Shown one piece after another: positions 1-12,521 of a DNA stretch of 64,000 bases. The position numbers and the translations under genes are program-made. The notes under the pieces are model-generated. The model was not told the origin of the DNA. It saw only the letters and a list, made by a program, of their open reading frames with translations, and ran no database searches. Positions within the stretch are counted from its first letter, which is position 1, and each line of letters begins with the position of its first letter. This DNA comes from Mobula hypostoma (taxonomy: Eukaryota), in assembly GCF_963921235.1 (NCBI RefSeq), contig NC_086097.1, positions 194,682,001 through 194,746,000 of the forward strand, in the 5' to 3' direction.

Positions 1-1207
1 CCTTTGGCTCATCCCACTTCCTCCAAACTAAAGGTGTAGCTATGGGCACCCGTATGGGTCCTAGCTATGCCTGCCTTTTTGTTGGCTTTGTGGAACAATC
101 TATGTTCCGTGCCTATTCTGGTATCTGTCCCCCACTTTTCCTTCGCTACATCGATGACTGCATTGGCGCTGCTTCCTGCACGCATGCAGAACTCGTTGAC
201 TTTATTAACTTTGCCTCCAACTTTCACCCTGCTCTCAAGTTTACCTGGGCCATTTCCGACACCTCCCTCCCCTTTCTAGATCTTTCTGTCTCTGTCTCTG
301 GAGACAGCTTATCCACTGATGTCTACTATAAGCCTACCGACTCTCACAGCTATCTGGACTATTCCTCTTCTCACCCTGTCTCTTGCAAAAACGCCATCCC
401 CTTCTCACAATTCCTCCGTCTCCGCCGCATCTGCTCTCAGGATGAGGCTTTTCATTCTAGGACGAGGGAGATGTCTTCATTTTTTAAAGAAAGGGGCTTC
501 CCTTCCTCCACTATCAACTCTGCTCTTAAACGCATCTCCCCCATTTCACGTACATCTGCTCTCACTCCATCCTCCCGCTACCCCACTAGGAATAGGGTTC
601 CCCTGGTCCTCACCTACCACCCCACCAGCCTCCGAGTCCAACATATTATTCTCCTAACTTCCGCCACCTCCAACGGGATCCAACCACTAAGCACATCTTT
701 CCCTCCCCCCCCGCATTCCGCAGGGATCGCTCCCTACGCAACTCCCTTGTCCATTCGTCCCCCCCATCCCTCCCCACTGATCTCCCTCCTGGCACTTATC
801 CGTGTAAGTGGAACAAGTGCTACACATGCCCTTACACTTCCTCTCTTACCACTATTCAGGGCCCCAAACAGTCCTTCCAGGTGAGGCAACACTTCACCTG
901 TGAGTCGGCTGGGGTGATATACTGCGTTCGGTGCTCCCGATGTGGCCTTGTATATATTGGCGAGACCCGACGCAGACTGGGAGACCGCTTTGCTGAACAT
1001 CTACTCTCTGTCCGCCAGAGAAAGCAGGATCTCCCAGTGGCCACACATTTTAATTCCACATCCCATTCCCATTCTGACATGTCTATCCACGGCCTCCTCT
1101 ACTGTAAAGATGAAGCCACACTCAGGTTGGAGGAACAACACCTTATATTCCGTCTGGGTAGCCTCCAACCTGATGGCATGAACATCGACTTCTCTAACTT
1201 CCGCTAA
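1..1207 (+). pseudogene. PLE RT + GIY-YIG ORF, frameshifted near 654
   Basis: ORFs 42..884 and 881..1207; the paralogous copy reads HIILRNFRHL where this copy shifts frame (ctcctaac vs ctccgtaac). Confidence 0.9.
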
Positions 1208-1503
1208 GGCCCCACCTCCCCCTCGTACCCCATCTGTTACTTATTTTTATGCACACATTCTTTCTCTCACTCTCCTTTTTCTCCCTCTGTTCCTCTGAAT
1301 ATACCTCTTGCCCATCCTCTGGGTCCCGCCCCCCCCCTTGTCTTTCTTCCCGGACCTCTTGTCCCATGATCCTCTTGTATCCCCTTTTGCCAATCACCTG
1401 TCCAGCTCTTGGCTCCATCCCTCCCCCTCCTGTCTTCTCCTATCATTTTGGATCTCCCCCTCCCCCTCCAACTTTCAAATCCCTTACTCACTCTTCCTTC
1501 AGT

Positions 1504-1541
1504 TAGTCCTGACGAAGGGTCTCGGCCTGAAACGTTGACTG
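1504..1541 (+). ncRNA. Minimal type I hammerhead ribozyme in PLE terminal repeat (GUU triplet)
   Basis: TAGTC-CTGACGA-A-GGGTCTCGGCCT-GAAA-CGTT-GACTG: core CUGANGA/GAAA, stem I TAGTC/GACTG, stem II hairpin, loop-less ACGT stem III. Confidence 0.85.
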
Positions 1542-1839
1542 CACCTCTTCCTACAGATGCTGCCTGGCCTGCTGCGTTCACCAGCAACTTTGATGTGTGT
1601 TGCTTGAATTTCCAGCATCTGCAGAATTCCTGTTGTTACTGTCCAAAGCTTCAAAGTCCATTCAGGAATCAATGGCAAAGGGGAAGAAGCTGTTCCTGAA
1701 TCACTGAGTGTGTGCTTTCAGGCTTAATAAATTAAAACACAGAACCAAAAATATAATCATCTCTGGATTGTTACCTGAACCATGTGCAAATTGGCACAGG
1801 GCTTATAAGATCAGAGGGCAAAAAGAATGGTGTGGGAAG

Positions 1840-2920
1840 AGGGAGTTGTCTGATGGGATAGGCTCCACCTTAACCATGCTGTGATCAATGTCCTGGTGAA
1901 TCACACAACCAAGGCTGTGGATAGGACTTCAAAGTCAACAGTAAGGGGGTGGGTTCAATAGCTTGGAAAGGTATGGATAAAATAAAAGGGAAGGGGAGTG
2001 CTGGACAGGTTGCTGAAGTCTCCAGCAAAAAAAAATAAGACCGGAAGTTTAGAAAAGGGTATGAATTTTGGCTTCAGGCAGCATAAAAACAAAATTGAAA
2101 AAAAGGATGATAAATGCAGGACTGAAGATATTATACTTAAATACACGCAGTATGTGACGTAAAGTCACACAGTTACATTGTGGGCATCACTGAATGGCGA
2201 TCACATCCAAGGATATACATTGCATTGAAAGGCAGGTAGGTGGGGTAGCTTTGCTGTTTACAAAATATTCAAATCCTGAGAATGAAGTGACAAGAATTTA
2301 AAAAAAAATCCTGAAGAGAGTTATCTGAACAGTAGCCAGTATGTGGGATAAAAAATTACAATGAGAGATAGAAAGGCATGTATAAAAGTATATTAAGAAT
2401 GATAGTCATGGGGGATTTCAATATGCAGGTGGCTTGCGAAAATCAAATTGGATCCCAAGAAAGGGAATTTGTAGGGTGCCTACGAGATGACCTTTTAGAT
2501 CAGTTTGTGGTTGAGCCAGTAGGCAATTCTGGATTGAATGTTGTACAATGAACCAGATTTGATTAGGAAGCTTGAGATAAAGGAACCCTTGGGGAAGCAC
2601 TGATCATAACATGTTGGAATTCATTCTGTAGTTTGAGAGGGAGAAGATAAGATACAATGCATTGATATTACAGTAAGAAAAAGTAACTATGGAAGCATGA
2701 GAGATGAGCTAGCCGAAGTCGATTGGAAGGGGATGTGAGCAGGGTAGTGGTAAAGCAGTAATAGCTGGAGTTTCTAGGAGTAGTGTGAAGACACATGATT
2801 GGTTCATCCCAAAGACGAAGAAGCAATCTAAAGAGAATACGTGGCAACCGTGACTGACAATGAAAGCCAAAAAAGTAAAAGGGATGTATACAATATAGCA
2901 AAATTTTAGTGGGATGCTGG
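1840..2920 (+). mobile_element. Old CR1 LINE (ORF1 end and APE region), interrupted by a younger CR1; resumes at about 6977-7230, 8172-9275 and 9866-9950
   Basis: Decayed similarity to CR1 ORF2 of 4085-6875 (VMGDFNM, LEQFVVEP, DHNMLEF); colinear continuation after 6976. Confidence 0.75.
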
Positions 2921-2958
2921 AAGTTTTTTCCTGTTTCATTCCTGTAGAATTAGATAGC

Positions 2959-3894
2959 ATGCCTGCAGGGTTAGTGCTTTGTTCAGGATGTTAGATGTGG
3001 GAATCCTGGGAGACCTCCAGCCTCCCTGATGGTCACATCTGCGCCAGGTGCACCGAGATGCAGCTCCTCAGAGACCGTGTTAGGGATCTGGAGCCGCAGC
3101 TTGATGACCTACTGCTTATCAGGGAAAGTGAAGAGGTGATAGACAGGAGCTACAGGGACGTAGTCATCTCTATGCTACAGGGGTCAGAGAACTGGGTCAC
3201 TGTCAAGAGAGGGAAGGGAAATGCCCGGATAGTGGAGAGCAAACCTATGGCTGTCCCCCTCAGCAACAATTATCTTGTTCTGGATGCTGTTGAGGGGGAT
3301 GACCTGACAGGGGACGCCCACGGTGACCGGGTCTCTGGCACTGAGCCTGGCGCTGTTGTGCAAGAGAGAAGGAGGGAGAAGAGGAATGCGGTAATCATAC
3401 GCGATTCCATAGTCAGGGGAACAGACAGGAGATTCTGTGAGCCTGATAGAGATACCCGCATGGCGTGTTGCCTCCCAGATGCCAGGGTACGGGATGTCTC
3501 GGATCAGGTCCTGAATATTCTAAAGGGGGAGGGTGAGCAGCCAGTTGTCTTGGTACATGTTGGTCCCAATGACATAGATAGGACAAAGGAGGAGGTCCTG
3601 AAGAGAGATTTCCAGGAGTTAGGAAGGAAGCTGAGAAGCAGGACCTCCAGGGTAGTAATCTCGGGATTGCTACCTGTGCCACGTGCTAGCGAGGGCAAGA
3701 ATAGTAGGATTAGGCAGATGAATGCGTGGCTGAGAGACTGGTGCAGGGGGCAGGGCTTCAGATTCTTGGATAATTGGGATCTCTTCTGGGGGAAGTACGA
3801 CCTGTTCAAAAAGGGCAGGTTACACCTGAACCCGAGAGAGAATAATATCCTGGCGGGAAAGTTTAATAGAACTGTTAGGGAGGGTTTAAGCTAA
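2959..3894 (+). pseudogene. CR1 ORF1 (CxxC..CxxC finger, coiled coil, SGNH/GDSL esterase)
   Basis: ATG 2959, premature TAG 2992-2994, then the 299-aa ORF with DSIVRG, VG(P)ND and LHLN motifs. Confidence 0.88.
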
Positions 3895-4084
3895 TTTGGC
3901 AGGGGGATGGTAATCGGAATGACGGAGCGGAGGAAGGGGAAAACAGAAATAAATTTAAGAGAGTGAGCAGTAAAGATGTCAGGAAAGACAGGCAGGTGAT
4001 GGGCAAATTTGTAGCCATTGGGATGAGTTGCAGTGCAATAAGGTTGCAGTGAAATCAAAGTGAAAAGTGCCAAATACTGGTCTT

Positions 4085-6875
4085 AAGGTGTTATTCTTAA
4101 ATGCACGTAGCATAAGGAATAAAGTGGATGATCTTGTCGTACAGCTACAGATTGGCAGGTATGATATTGTGGCCATCACTGAGACATGGCTAAAGGATGC
4201 ATGCGTCTAGGAGCTGAACGTCCAAGGATACACGGTGTATCAGAAGGATAGGAAGGTAGGCAGAGGGGGAGGCGTGGCTTTATTGGTAAGAAATGATATT
4301 AAATCATTAGAAAGAGGTGATATAGGATTGGAAGGTGCAGAATCTTTATGGGTTGAGCTAAGGAATAGCAGGGGTAAAAGGACCCTGATGGCAGTTATTT
4401 ATAGGCCTCCAAACAGCTGCAGTGATGTGGACTACAAATTACAACTGGAAATAGAAAAGGCTTGTCAGAAGGGCAGTGTTATGATAATTGTGGGGGACTT
4501 TAACATGTGAGTGGATTGGGAAAATGAGGTCGGCACTGGATCTCGAGAGAGAGAATTTGTAGAATGTCTGCAAGATGGCTTTTTAGAACAGCTTGTTGTT
4601 GAGCCCACTAGGGGATCGACTGTACTGGATTGGGTATCGTGTAATGAACCGGAGGTGATTAGAGAGATTGAGGTGAAGGAACGCTTAGGAGGCAGTGATC
4701 ATAACATGATTGAGTTCACTGTGACATTTGAAAAAGAGAAGCCGAAATCTGCTGTGTTGGTATTTCAGTGGAATAAAGGAAATTACAGTGGCATGAGAGA
4801 GGAACTGGCCAAAGTTGACTGGAAAGGGACACTGGCGGGAAAGACAGCAGAGCAGCCGTGGCTGGAGTTTATGCGAGAAGTAAGGAAGGTGCAAGACAGG
4901 TATATTCCAAAAAAGAAGAAATTTTCGAATGGAAAAAGGATGCAACCATGGTTGACAAGAGAAGTCAAAGCCAAAGTTAAAGCAAAGGAGAGGGCACACA
5001 AGGAAGCAAGAATTAGTGGAAGACCGAGGATTGGGAAGTTTTTAAAACCTTACAAAAGGAAACTAAGGTCATTAAGAGGGAAAAGATTAACTATGAAAGG
5101 AAGCTAGCAAATAATATCAAAGAGGATAATAAAAGCTTTTTCAAGTATATAAAGAGTAAAAGACACGTGAGAGTAGACATTGGACTGATAGAAAATGATG
5201 CTGGAGAGATTGTAAGGGGAGATAAGGAGATGGCAGAGGAACTGAACGAGTATTTTGCATCAGTCTTCACTGAGGAAGACATCAACAGTATACCGGACAC
5301 TCAAGGGTGGCAGGGAAGAGAAGTGTGCGCAGTCACAATTATGACAGAGAAAGTACTCAGGAAGCTCAACAGTCTAACGGTAGGTAAATCTCTCGGACCA
5401 GATGGAACGCACCTGCGTGTTCGGAAGGAAGTAGCTGTAGAGATTACGGAGGCATTAGCGATGATCTTTCAAAAGTCAATAGATTTTGGCATGGTTCCGG
5501 GGGACAGGAAGATTGCGAATGTCACTCCGCTATTTAAGAAGGGGGCAAGGAAGCAAAAAGGAAATTATAGACCTGTTAGCTTGACATCAGTGGTTGGGAA
5601 GTTGTTGGAGTCGATTGTCAAGGATGAGGTTACAGAGTACCTGGAGGCATATGACAAGATAGGCAGAACTCAGCATGGATTCCTTAAAGGAAAATCCTGC
5701 CTGACAAACCTATTACAGTTTTTTGAGGAAACTACCAGTAGTCTAGACAAGGGAGATGCAGTGGTTGTTGTATATTTGGATTTTCAGAAGGCCTTTGACA
5801 AGGTGCCACACGTGAGGCTACTTAACAAGATAAGAACCCATGGAATTATGGGAAAGTTACATACTTGGATAGAGCATTGGCTGATTGGCAGGAAACAGAG
5901 AGTGGGAATAAAGGGATCCTATTCTGGTTGGCTGCCGGTTACCAGTGGTGTTCCACAGGGGTCTGTGTTGGGGCTGCTTCTTTTTACATTGTACATCAAC
6001 GATTTGGATTATGGAATAGATAGCTTTGTGGCTAAGTTTGCTGATGATACAAAGATAGGTGGAAGGGCCGGTAGTGCTGAGGAAATGGACAGTCTGCAGA
6101 GAGACTTGGATAGATTGGAAGAATGGGCAAAGAATTGGCAAATGAAATACAATGTTGGAAAGTGTATGGTTATGCACTTTGTCAGAAGAAATAAATGGAC
6201 AGACTATTATTTAAATGGGGAAAGAATTCAAAGTTCTGAGGTGCAACGGGACTTGGGAGTCCTCACACAGGATACCCGTAAGGTTAACCTCCAGGTTGAG
6301 TCGGTAGTGAAGAAGGCGAATGCAATGTTGGCATTTATTTCTAGAGGAATAGAGCATAGGAGCAGGGATGTGATGTTGAGGCTCTATAAGGTGCTGGTGA
6401 GACCTCACTTGGAGTACTGTGGGCAGTTTTGGTCTCCTTAATTAAGAATGGATGTGCTGACTTTGGAGAGGGTACAGAGAAGATTCACTAGATGATTCTG
6501 GGAATGAGAGGGTTAACACATGAGGAACGTTTGTCTGCTCTTGGACTGTATTCCTTGGAGTTTAGAAGAATGAGGGGAGACCTCATAGAAACATTTCGAA
6601 CGTTGAAAGGCATAGACAGAGTGGATGTGGCAAAGTTGTTTCCCATGATGGGGGAGTCTAGTATGAGAGGACAAGACTTAACGATTGAAGGGCACCCATT
6701 CAGAACAGAAATGCGAAGAAATTTTTTTAGTCAGAAGGTGGTGAATCTATGGAATTTGTTGCCATGGGCAGCAGTGGAGGCGAAGTCATTGGGTGTATTT
6801 AAGGCAGAGATTGATAGGTATCTAAGTCGCCAGGGTATCAAAGGTTATGGTGAGAAGGCGGGGGAGTGGGACTAA
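4085..6875 (+). pseudogene. CR1 ORF2 (APE endonuclease + reverse transcriptase) with stops and a frameshift
   Basis: [43 protein letters not shown] and KFADD motifs across ORFs 4235-6875. Confidence 0.93.
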
Positions 6876-7289
6876 ATGGGAGAATGGATCAGCTCATGAT
6901 AAAATGGTGGAGCAGGCTCGATGGGCCGAATGGCCGACTTCTGCTCCTTTGTCTTATGGTCTTATGGTCTAAGTTTAGTAAGGTTTTCAAAGCCAACAGA
7001 AGGTTAGAAAAAAAGCAATAAAAAGAGAAAATATGATATATAAAGATAGCCTAGCCAATGATGCAAAAGAGGCTGCAAATTTTTTTTCAAATATTTAAAT
7101 GGTGAAAAAGAGGCAAGAATGGACAATGAACTGCTGAAGAGATAGTATTGGGCGACAAAGATATGGTAGGTGAACTGAATATGTGTTTTACATCAGATGG
7201 AAGACACTTGTAGCATACCAGAAATTCAAGAACGTTTGGTAATGATTTGTCCCATAAAAGCAGGGAAATTATGGGAGAGTGAAGGAACA

Positions 7290-8171
7290 ATGGTTACAAG
7301 AAATGTAGGACATCTAGTCAAGAGGAAGAAAGAAGCACATTTAAGATTTGGGAAGCAAGGATCAGACTGAACTCTAGAGAGTTTAAAAGCAAGTAAAAAG
7401 AAGTTTTAGAAGGGATATAGGAGAACGAGAAGGGGACATGAGAAGGCTTTGGTAAGTAAGATTAAGGAAAACCCCAAGGCATGAAGAGGAGGCTGATTAG
7501 AGCAAGAGTAGGACCATTAAGGACAAGTGAGGAAACATGTGCCTGGAGTTGGAGGAGGTAATGAATACTTTGCTTCAGTATTTATCAGTGAGAGGGACCT
7601 TTCCGAATGTGAGGGCAGCGTAGAACAGTCTGAAATGTTGGAACATGTCAACATGTCATGTAATGTATGTTGAAAAAAAGATATGCTAGAACTTTTGAAC
7701 AACATTAGATGGATAAATCCCCAGGGCCAGATTGTATATATCCCACATTACTATGGAAAGTGAGGGAAAAGATTGCTGTTCTTTTGTCAATGATCTGTCA
7801 GAGTCTGCCAGTCCTCAAGATCAGCAGTCTGTAGACCACTCAGGTAGAAGGAGGCATTAATAGAGTGAACAGTCAGTACCTTTTTCCCAGATAGAAATGG
7901 CTAATATGAGTGAGCATAATTGTAAGATGATTTGAGGTAAGTATAGGTTGGAAGTCAAATTATTTACAGAGAGTGGAGGGTGCATGCAATGCCTTGCCTG
8001 AGGTGGAGTTAGAGGCAGATACATTACAGACTTCTAAGAGACTCTCAGATAGACACATGAATTAAAGAAAAATGGAGGGCTATGTGGGAGTAGGTTAAAA
8101 GGTCAGTATAACATTGTGGGCCGAAGTGCCTGTTCTGTGGTATGTATCCTTCGTTCTATGTTCTATGTTCA
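7290..8171 (+). mobile_element. Internally deleted CR1 fragment of a second family, (TTCTATG)n tail
   Basis: Similar to the 31698-34600 element (GHEKAL..KENPK); tail ttctatgttctatgttc at about 8153-8170. Confidence 0.7.
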
Positions 8172-9275
8172 TATCTCTCAGAATTCTTTGAGGAAATAAC
8201 AGGTAGAATAGGCAAAAGAGAGTCAGCAGCTGTTGTTTACTTGAATTTTCAGAAGGTCTTTGACAAGGTGTCACACATGAGACTGCTAACCAATGTATCA
8301 GCTCATTGTTTTGCAAGAAAAGTATTAACATGAACCAAAGCTTGACTGACTGGCAAAGCCAAAGAATGGGAATAAAGGTTGTCTTCCAGTGACGAGAGGA
8401 GTTCTCCAAGGGTTGTTGTTGGGTTATCTACTTTTTACTTTATGTGTTAATGATCTGGATGACAGAATTATACCAAAGTTTGCAGAAGATACAAAGATAG
8501 GTGGGGGAGAGGTAGTGTTGAGGAAGCAGAGAGCCCACAGAAGGTGTTGCACAGATTAGGAGAATGGGCAAAGAAGTGGCAGACTGAATACAAAGTAGGG
8601 AAGTGTATGGTTATGCAATTTGGAAGAAGGATTAAAAGCATACATTATTTTTTAAGCAGGGAGCAAATTCAAAAATCAGAGGTGGAAAGGGGCATGCAGT
8701 TCTAGTGCAGGATTCCCTAAAGGGCAATTTTCAGATTGAGATGGTAGTAAGGAAGACAAATGCAATGTTACCATTCATTCCAGAGGACTAGAGTATAAAA
8801 GCAAGGATGTAATGCTGATGTTTTATAAGGCATTGGTCAGACCATTTTTGTAGTATTATGAGCTATTTGGGCCTGCCATATCTAAAGATGGTTGTGGGGC
8901 TTCCAGAGGAGATTTATGAGATTGATCCCTGGAATGAGAGGGTCAACAAATGAGGAGCAAATGAGGTTAACAATTTGATTGATCTGGGCCTGAATTGGCT
9001 GGAGCTTAGCAGACTGAAGAGGGATCTCATTTAAACCTAACGAATATTGAAAGGCTTAAATTGAGTGGAAGTGGAGAAGTAGTTTCAATAGTGGGAAAAT
9101 CTAGGACCAGAGGGCACAGCCTCAGAATAGAAGGACATTCCTTTAGAACAGAGATGAGGAGGAATTTCTTCAGCCAGAATGTGACGAATCTATGGAATTC
9201 ATTGCCACTAATAGCTGTGGAGACCAAGAGATTGGGTGTATTTGAAGCACAAGTTGATAGGTTCTTGAATGGGTT
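8172..9275 (+). mobile_element. Old CR1 RT / 3' region
   Basis: EFFEEIT..VYLNFQKVFDKVSH and RTRGHSLRIEG motifs. Confidence 0.8.
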
Positions 9276-9282
9276 TGAGAGC

Positions 9283-9862
9283 CCTCTCCATCATTGAGCA
9301 TATTTGCATGGAACATGTCTCAAGAAAGCAGCATCCATCATCAAGGACCCCCTCCATCCAGACCATCTCTCTTCTCACCTCTAACATTGGGCTGGAGATA
9401 CAGGAGCCTGAATTGACATAGTTCAGGAGCCTGATGATAGAAGGGTAATAACGGTTCCTGAACCTGGTGGTGAGTGATCTAAGGCTCATCTTCCTCCTGC
9501 TTGTTGGTAGGAGCAAGAGGAGAGCATGGGCTGGCCGGTGCAGGTTCTTGATGACGGACACTGCTCTCTGGTGACAGTACTCTATGTCAGAGACCACAAA
9601 TCTGAACTGATTCCACAGCTTACAGACCTACCAACTCACTTCCATGGACTCCACAACTCGTGTTCTCAGTGTCATTTATTTCTTTGTTTGTTTATTGTAG
9701 GATATGTCTTCTTTTGCACTTTGGTGGTTTGTCAGTATTTATATATTGTTTTTCATAAATTCTACTGCATTCCTTTATTTTATGTAAAAGCCTGCAAAAA
9801 ATGAATCTCAAGGTAGTATACAGTAACATATATGTACTTTAATAAATTTACTTTGACTTTGA
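9283..9862. mobile_element. Rex1/Babar LINE 3' fragments with an internal inverted segment
   Basis: IIKDPLHP-like coding end on +, inverted segment about 9420-9590, 3' UTR ending aataaatttactttgactttga; similar to 39000-39497. Confidence 0.65.
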
Positions 9863-10107
9863 TGAGAAATAAATTAGCAATGATAAAATTGCTGTAGCAG
9901 ACTCAATGGGATAAATGGCCTAATTCTGTTCCTATAGCTTATGCTTTTATGGAAATGATATGACAAAAGTTTTAGGATTATAAGCCATTCTTCTAGTAAG
10001 CTAGACTTGAAATTATATACTTTGCAATATGAGGTTCATTTAAGTGTTTGGTAGTGTAGTAAGCCGTGATTAACCACTTATTTACTTGACACTAAAAATC
10101 CTTACTA

Positions 10108-10568
10108 TGTCCCAGGAATGAAAGGATTTATATGTGAGGAGCATTTGATGGCTCTGGGTCTGTACTCAGCGGAGATTAGAAGAATGAGGACGATCTCATT
10201 GAAACCTACCAAATATTGAAAGGCCAAGATGGAGCAGGCATGGAGAGGATGTTACCTATAGTGGCTGAGTCTAAGGCCAGAGAGCACAGCCACAAAATAG
10301 AAGGATGCCCCTTTAGAATGTAGATGAGGAAGAATATCTTCAAACAGAGGGTGCTGAATCTGAAATTCATAGCTACAGCCGGCTGTAAAGGTTAAGTCAT
10401 TGGGTATATTTAAAGTGGGGGTAGATAGGTTCATGATTAGTAAGGGTGTCAAAGGGGAGAAGTCAGGCAAGTGGGGTTCAGAGGGATAATATGTCAGCCA
10501 TGATGGAATGGTGGAGCAGACTCTATAGGCCCAATGGTCGAATTCTGCTCCGATGTCTTATGGTCTTA
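10108..10568 (+). mobile_element. CR1 3' fragment
   Basis: ORF2 C-terminal similarity; tail tcttatggtctta. Confidence 0.8.
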
Positions 10569-11018
10569 CATGAATTTCAAATTTTAATGCATCCTAAACT
10601 AGCAAAAGATCCTAATTACAGGATTAAAATGCCTCAGCTTCCCAAAGATATCTCAATACTCATTTCATTGTAAAGTGCTTATATTTTTAGAAAAAAATGT
10701 GTATTTTACTCCCTACTTTGCTCTCTGCATGAAATTTCCTTTATTATTGGCTATACAGCTTTATATTCCTATGACAGGATGTCAGGACTAACCTCCAACA
10801 ATATTTTACATTGGGAAAAGGAAACACCTCTCAGCAGGCAGTTCCCCTCAAGACTAGAGGCAAATAAGGTTGTTTCAGCATTGACTGCAAAGTTCTATGT
10901 CGTTTGTTAAAATCATCATGTGGCTCAACAAGCTGAACTCCTCTCTTTGGGGCAAGTGACACTTCGTTCAAGTGTTCACTGATCTGAACACAAACAAAAA
11001 CGAGGCTGAGTTCTAGTA

Positions 11019-12521
11019 AACAACAGGAATTCTGCAGATGCTGGAAATTCAAGCAACACACATCAAAGTTGCTGGTGAACGCAGCAGGCCAGGCAGCATC
11101 TATAGGAAGAGGCGCAGTCGACGTTTCAGGCCGAGACCCTTCGTCAGGACTAACTGAAGGAAGAGTGAGTAAGGGATTTGAAAGCTGGAGGGGGAGGGGG
11201 AGATGCAAAATGATAGGAGAAGACAGGAGGGGGAGGGATGGAGCCGAGAGCTGGACAGGTGATAGGCAGAAGGGGATACGAGAGGATCATGGGACAGGAG
11301 GTCCGGGAAGAAAGACGGGGGGGGGGGGTGACCCAGACGATGGGCAAGAGGTATATTCAGAGGGACAGAGGGAGAAAAAGGAGAGTGAGAGAAAGAATGT
11401 GTGCATAAAAAAGAGTAACAGATGGGGTACGAGGGGGAGGTGGGGCCTAGTGGAAGTTAGAGAAGTCAATGTTCATGCCATCAGGTTGGAGGCTACCCAT
11501 ACGGAATATAAGGTGTTGTTCCTCCAACATGAGTGTGGCTTCATCTTTACAGTAGAGGAGGCCGTGGATAGACATGTCAGAATGGGAATGGGATGTGGAA
11601 TTAAAATGTGTGGCCACTGGGAGATCCTGCTTTCTCTGGCGGACAGAGCGTAGATGTTCAGCAAAGCGGTCTCCCAGCCTGCGTCGGGTCTCACCAATAT
11701 ATAAAAGGCCACATCAGGAGCACCGGACGCAGTATATCACCCCAGTCGACTCACAGGTGAAGTGATGCCTCACCTGGAAGGACTGTTTGGGGCCCTGAAT
11801 GGTGGTAAGGGAGGAAGTGTAAGGGCATGTGTAGCACTTGTTCCGCTTACACGGATAAGTGCCAGGAGGGAGATCAGTGGGGAGGGATGGGGGGGACGAA
11901 TGGACAAGGGAGTTGTGTAGGGAGCGATCCCTGCGGAATGCAGAGAGAGGGGGGGAGGGAAAGATATGCTTAGTGGTGGGATCCCGTTGGAGGTGGCGGA
12001 AGTTACGGAGAATAATATGTTGGACCCGGAGGCTGGTGGGGTGGTAGGTGAGGACCTGGGGAACCCTATTCCTAGTGGGGTGGTGGGAGGATGGAGTGAG
12101 AGCAGATGTACGTGAAATGGGGGAGATGCGTTTAAGAGCAGAGTTGATAGTGGAGGAAGGGAAGCCCCTTTCTTTAAAAAATGAAGACATCTCCCTCGTC
12201 CTAGAATGAAAAGCCTCATCCTGAGAGCAGATGCGGCGGAGACGGAGGAATTGCGAGAAGGGGATGGCGTTTTTGCAAGAGACAGGGTGAGAAGAGGAAT
12301 AGTCCAGATAGCTGTGAGAGTCAGTAGGCTTATAGTAGACATCAGTGGATAAGCTGTCTCCAGAGACAGAGACAGAAAGATCTAGAAAGGGGAGGGAGGT
12401 GTCAGAAATGGACCAGGTAAACTTGAGGGCAGGGTGAAAGTTGGAGGCAAAGTTAATAAAGTCAACGAGTTCTGCATGCATGCAGGAAGCAGCGCCAATG
12501 CAGTCGTCGATGTAGCGAAGA
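11019..12521 (-). mobile_element. 5'-truncated Neptune-type PLE with 10-bp TSD
   Basis: ORF 11714..12481 (RT C-terminus, CKRNKCYTC linker, start of GIY); perfect flanking repeat AGTTCTAGTA at 11009-11018 and 12522-12531. Confidence 0.95.
11115..11152 (-). ncRNA. Minimal type I hammerhead ribozyme (GUC triplet)
   Basis: Reverse complement TAGTC-CTGACGA-AGGGTCTCGGCCT-GAAA-CGTC-GACTG. Confidence 0.88.

Larger units (their letters stand above)
1..1637 (+). mobile_element. Penelope-like retroelement (Neptune-type), 3' part; continues off the left edge
   Basis: RT motifs MGTRMGPSYA and RYIDD, Cys-rich linker, GIY-YIG domain (GVIYCVRCSRCGLVYIGET), pyrimidine-rich 3' UTR and terminal repeat; near-identical to copies at 11019-12521 and 36213-37614. 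Confidence 0.95.
2927..6970 (+). mobile_element. Near full-length CR1 LINE with (CTTATGGT)n tail
   Basis: ORF1 with Zn-finger and esterase, APE-RT ORF2, tail cttatggtcttatggtct at 6953-6970; possible TSD AAGTTT at 2921-2926 and 6971-6976. Confidence 0.95.

Noticed and set aside
1194..1699. Recurrent small ORFs (MLVNAAGQAAS.., VSPDEGSRPET..) as a peptide family
   Set aside because: Translations of the non-coding PLE terminal repeat; recurrence reflects repeat copies
11714..11716. In-frame TGA within the GIY-YIG CxxC region (CS*C), also at about 50745, as possible selenocysteine as in Naiad PLEs
   Set aside because: The paralogue at about 938-940 has CGA (Arg), so this is CpG deamination at a non-Cys position
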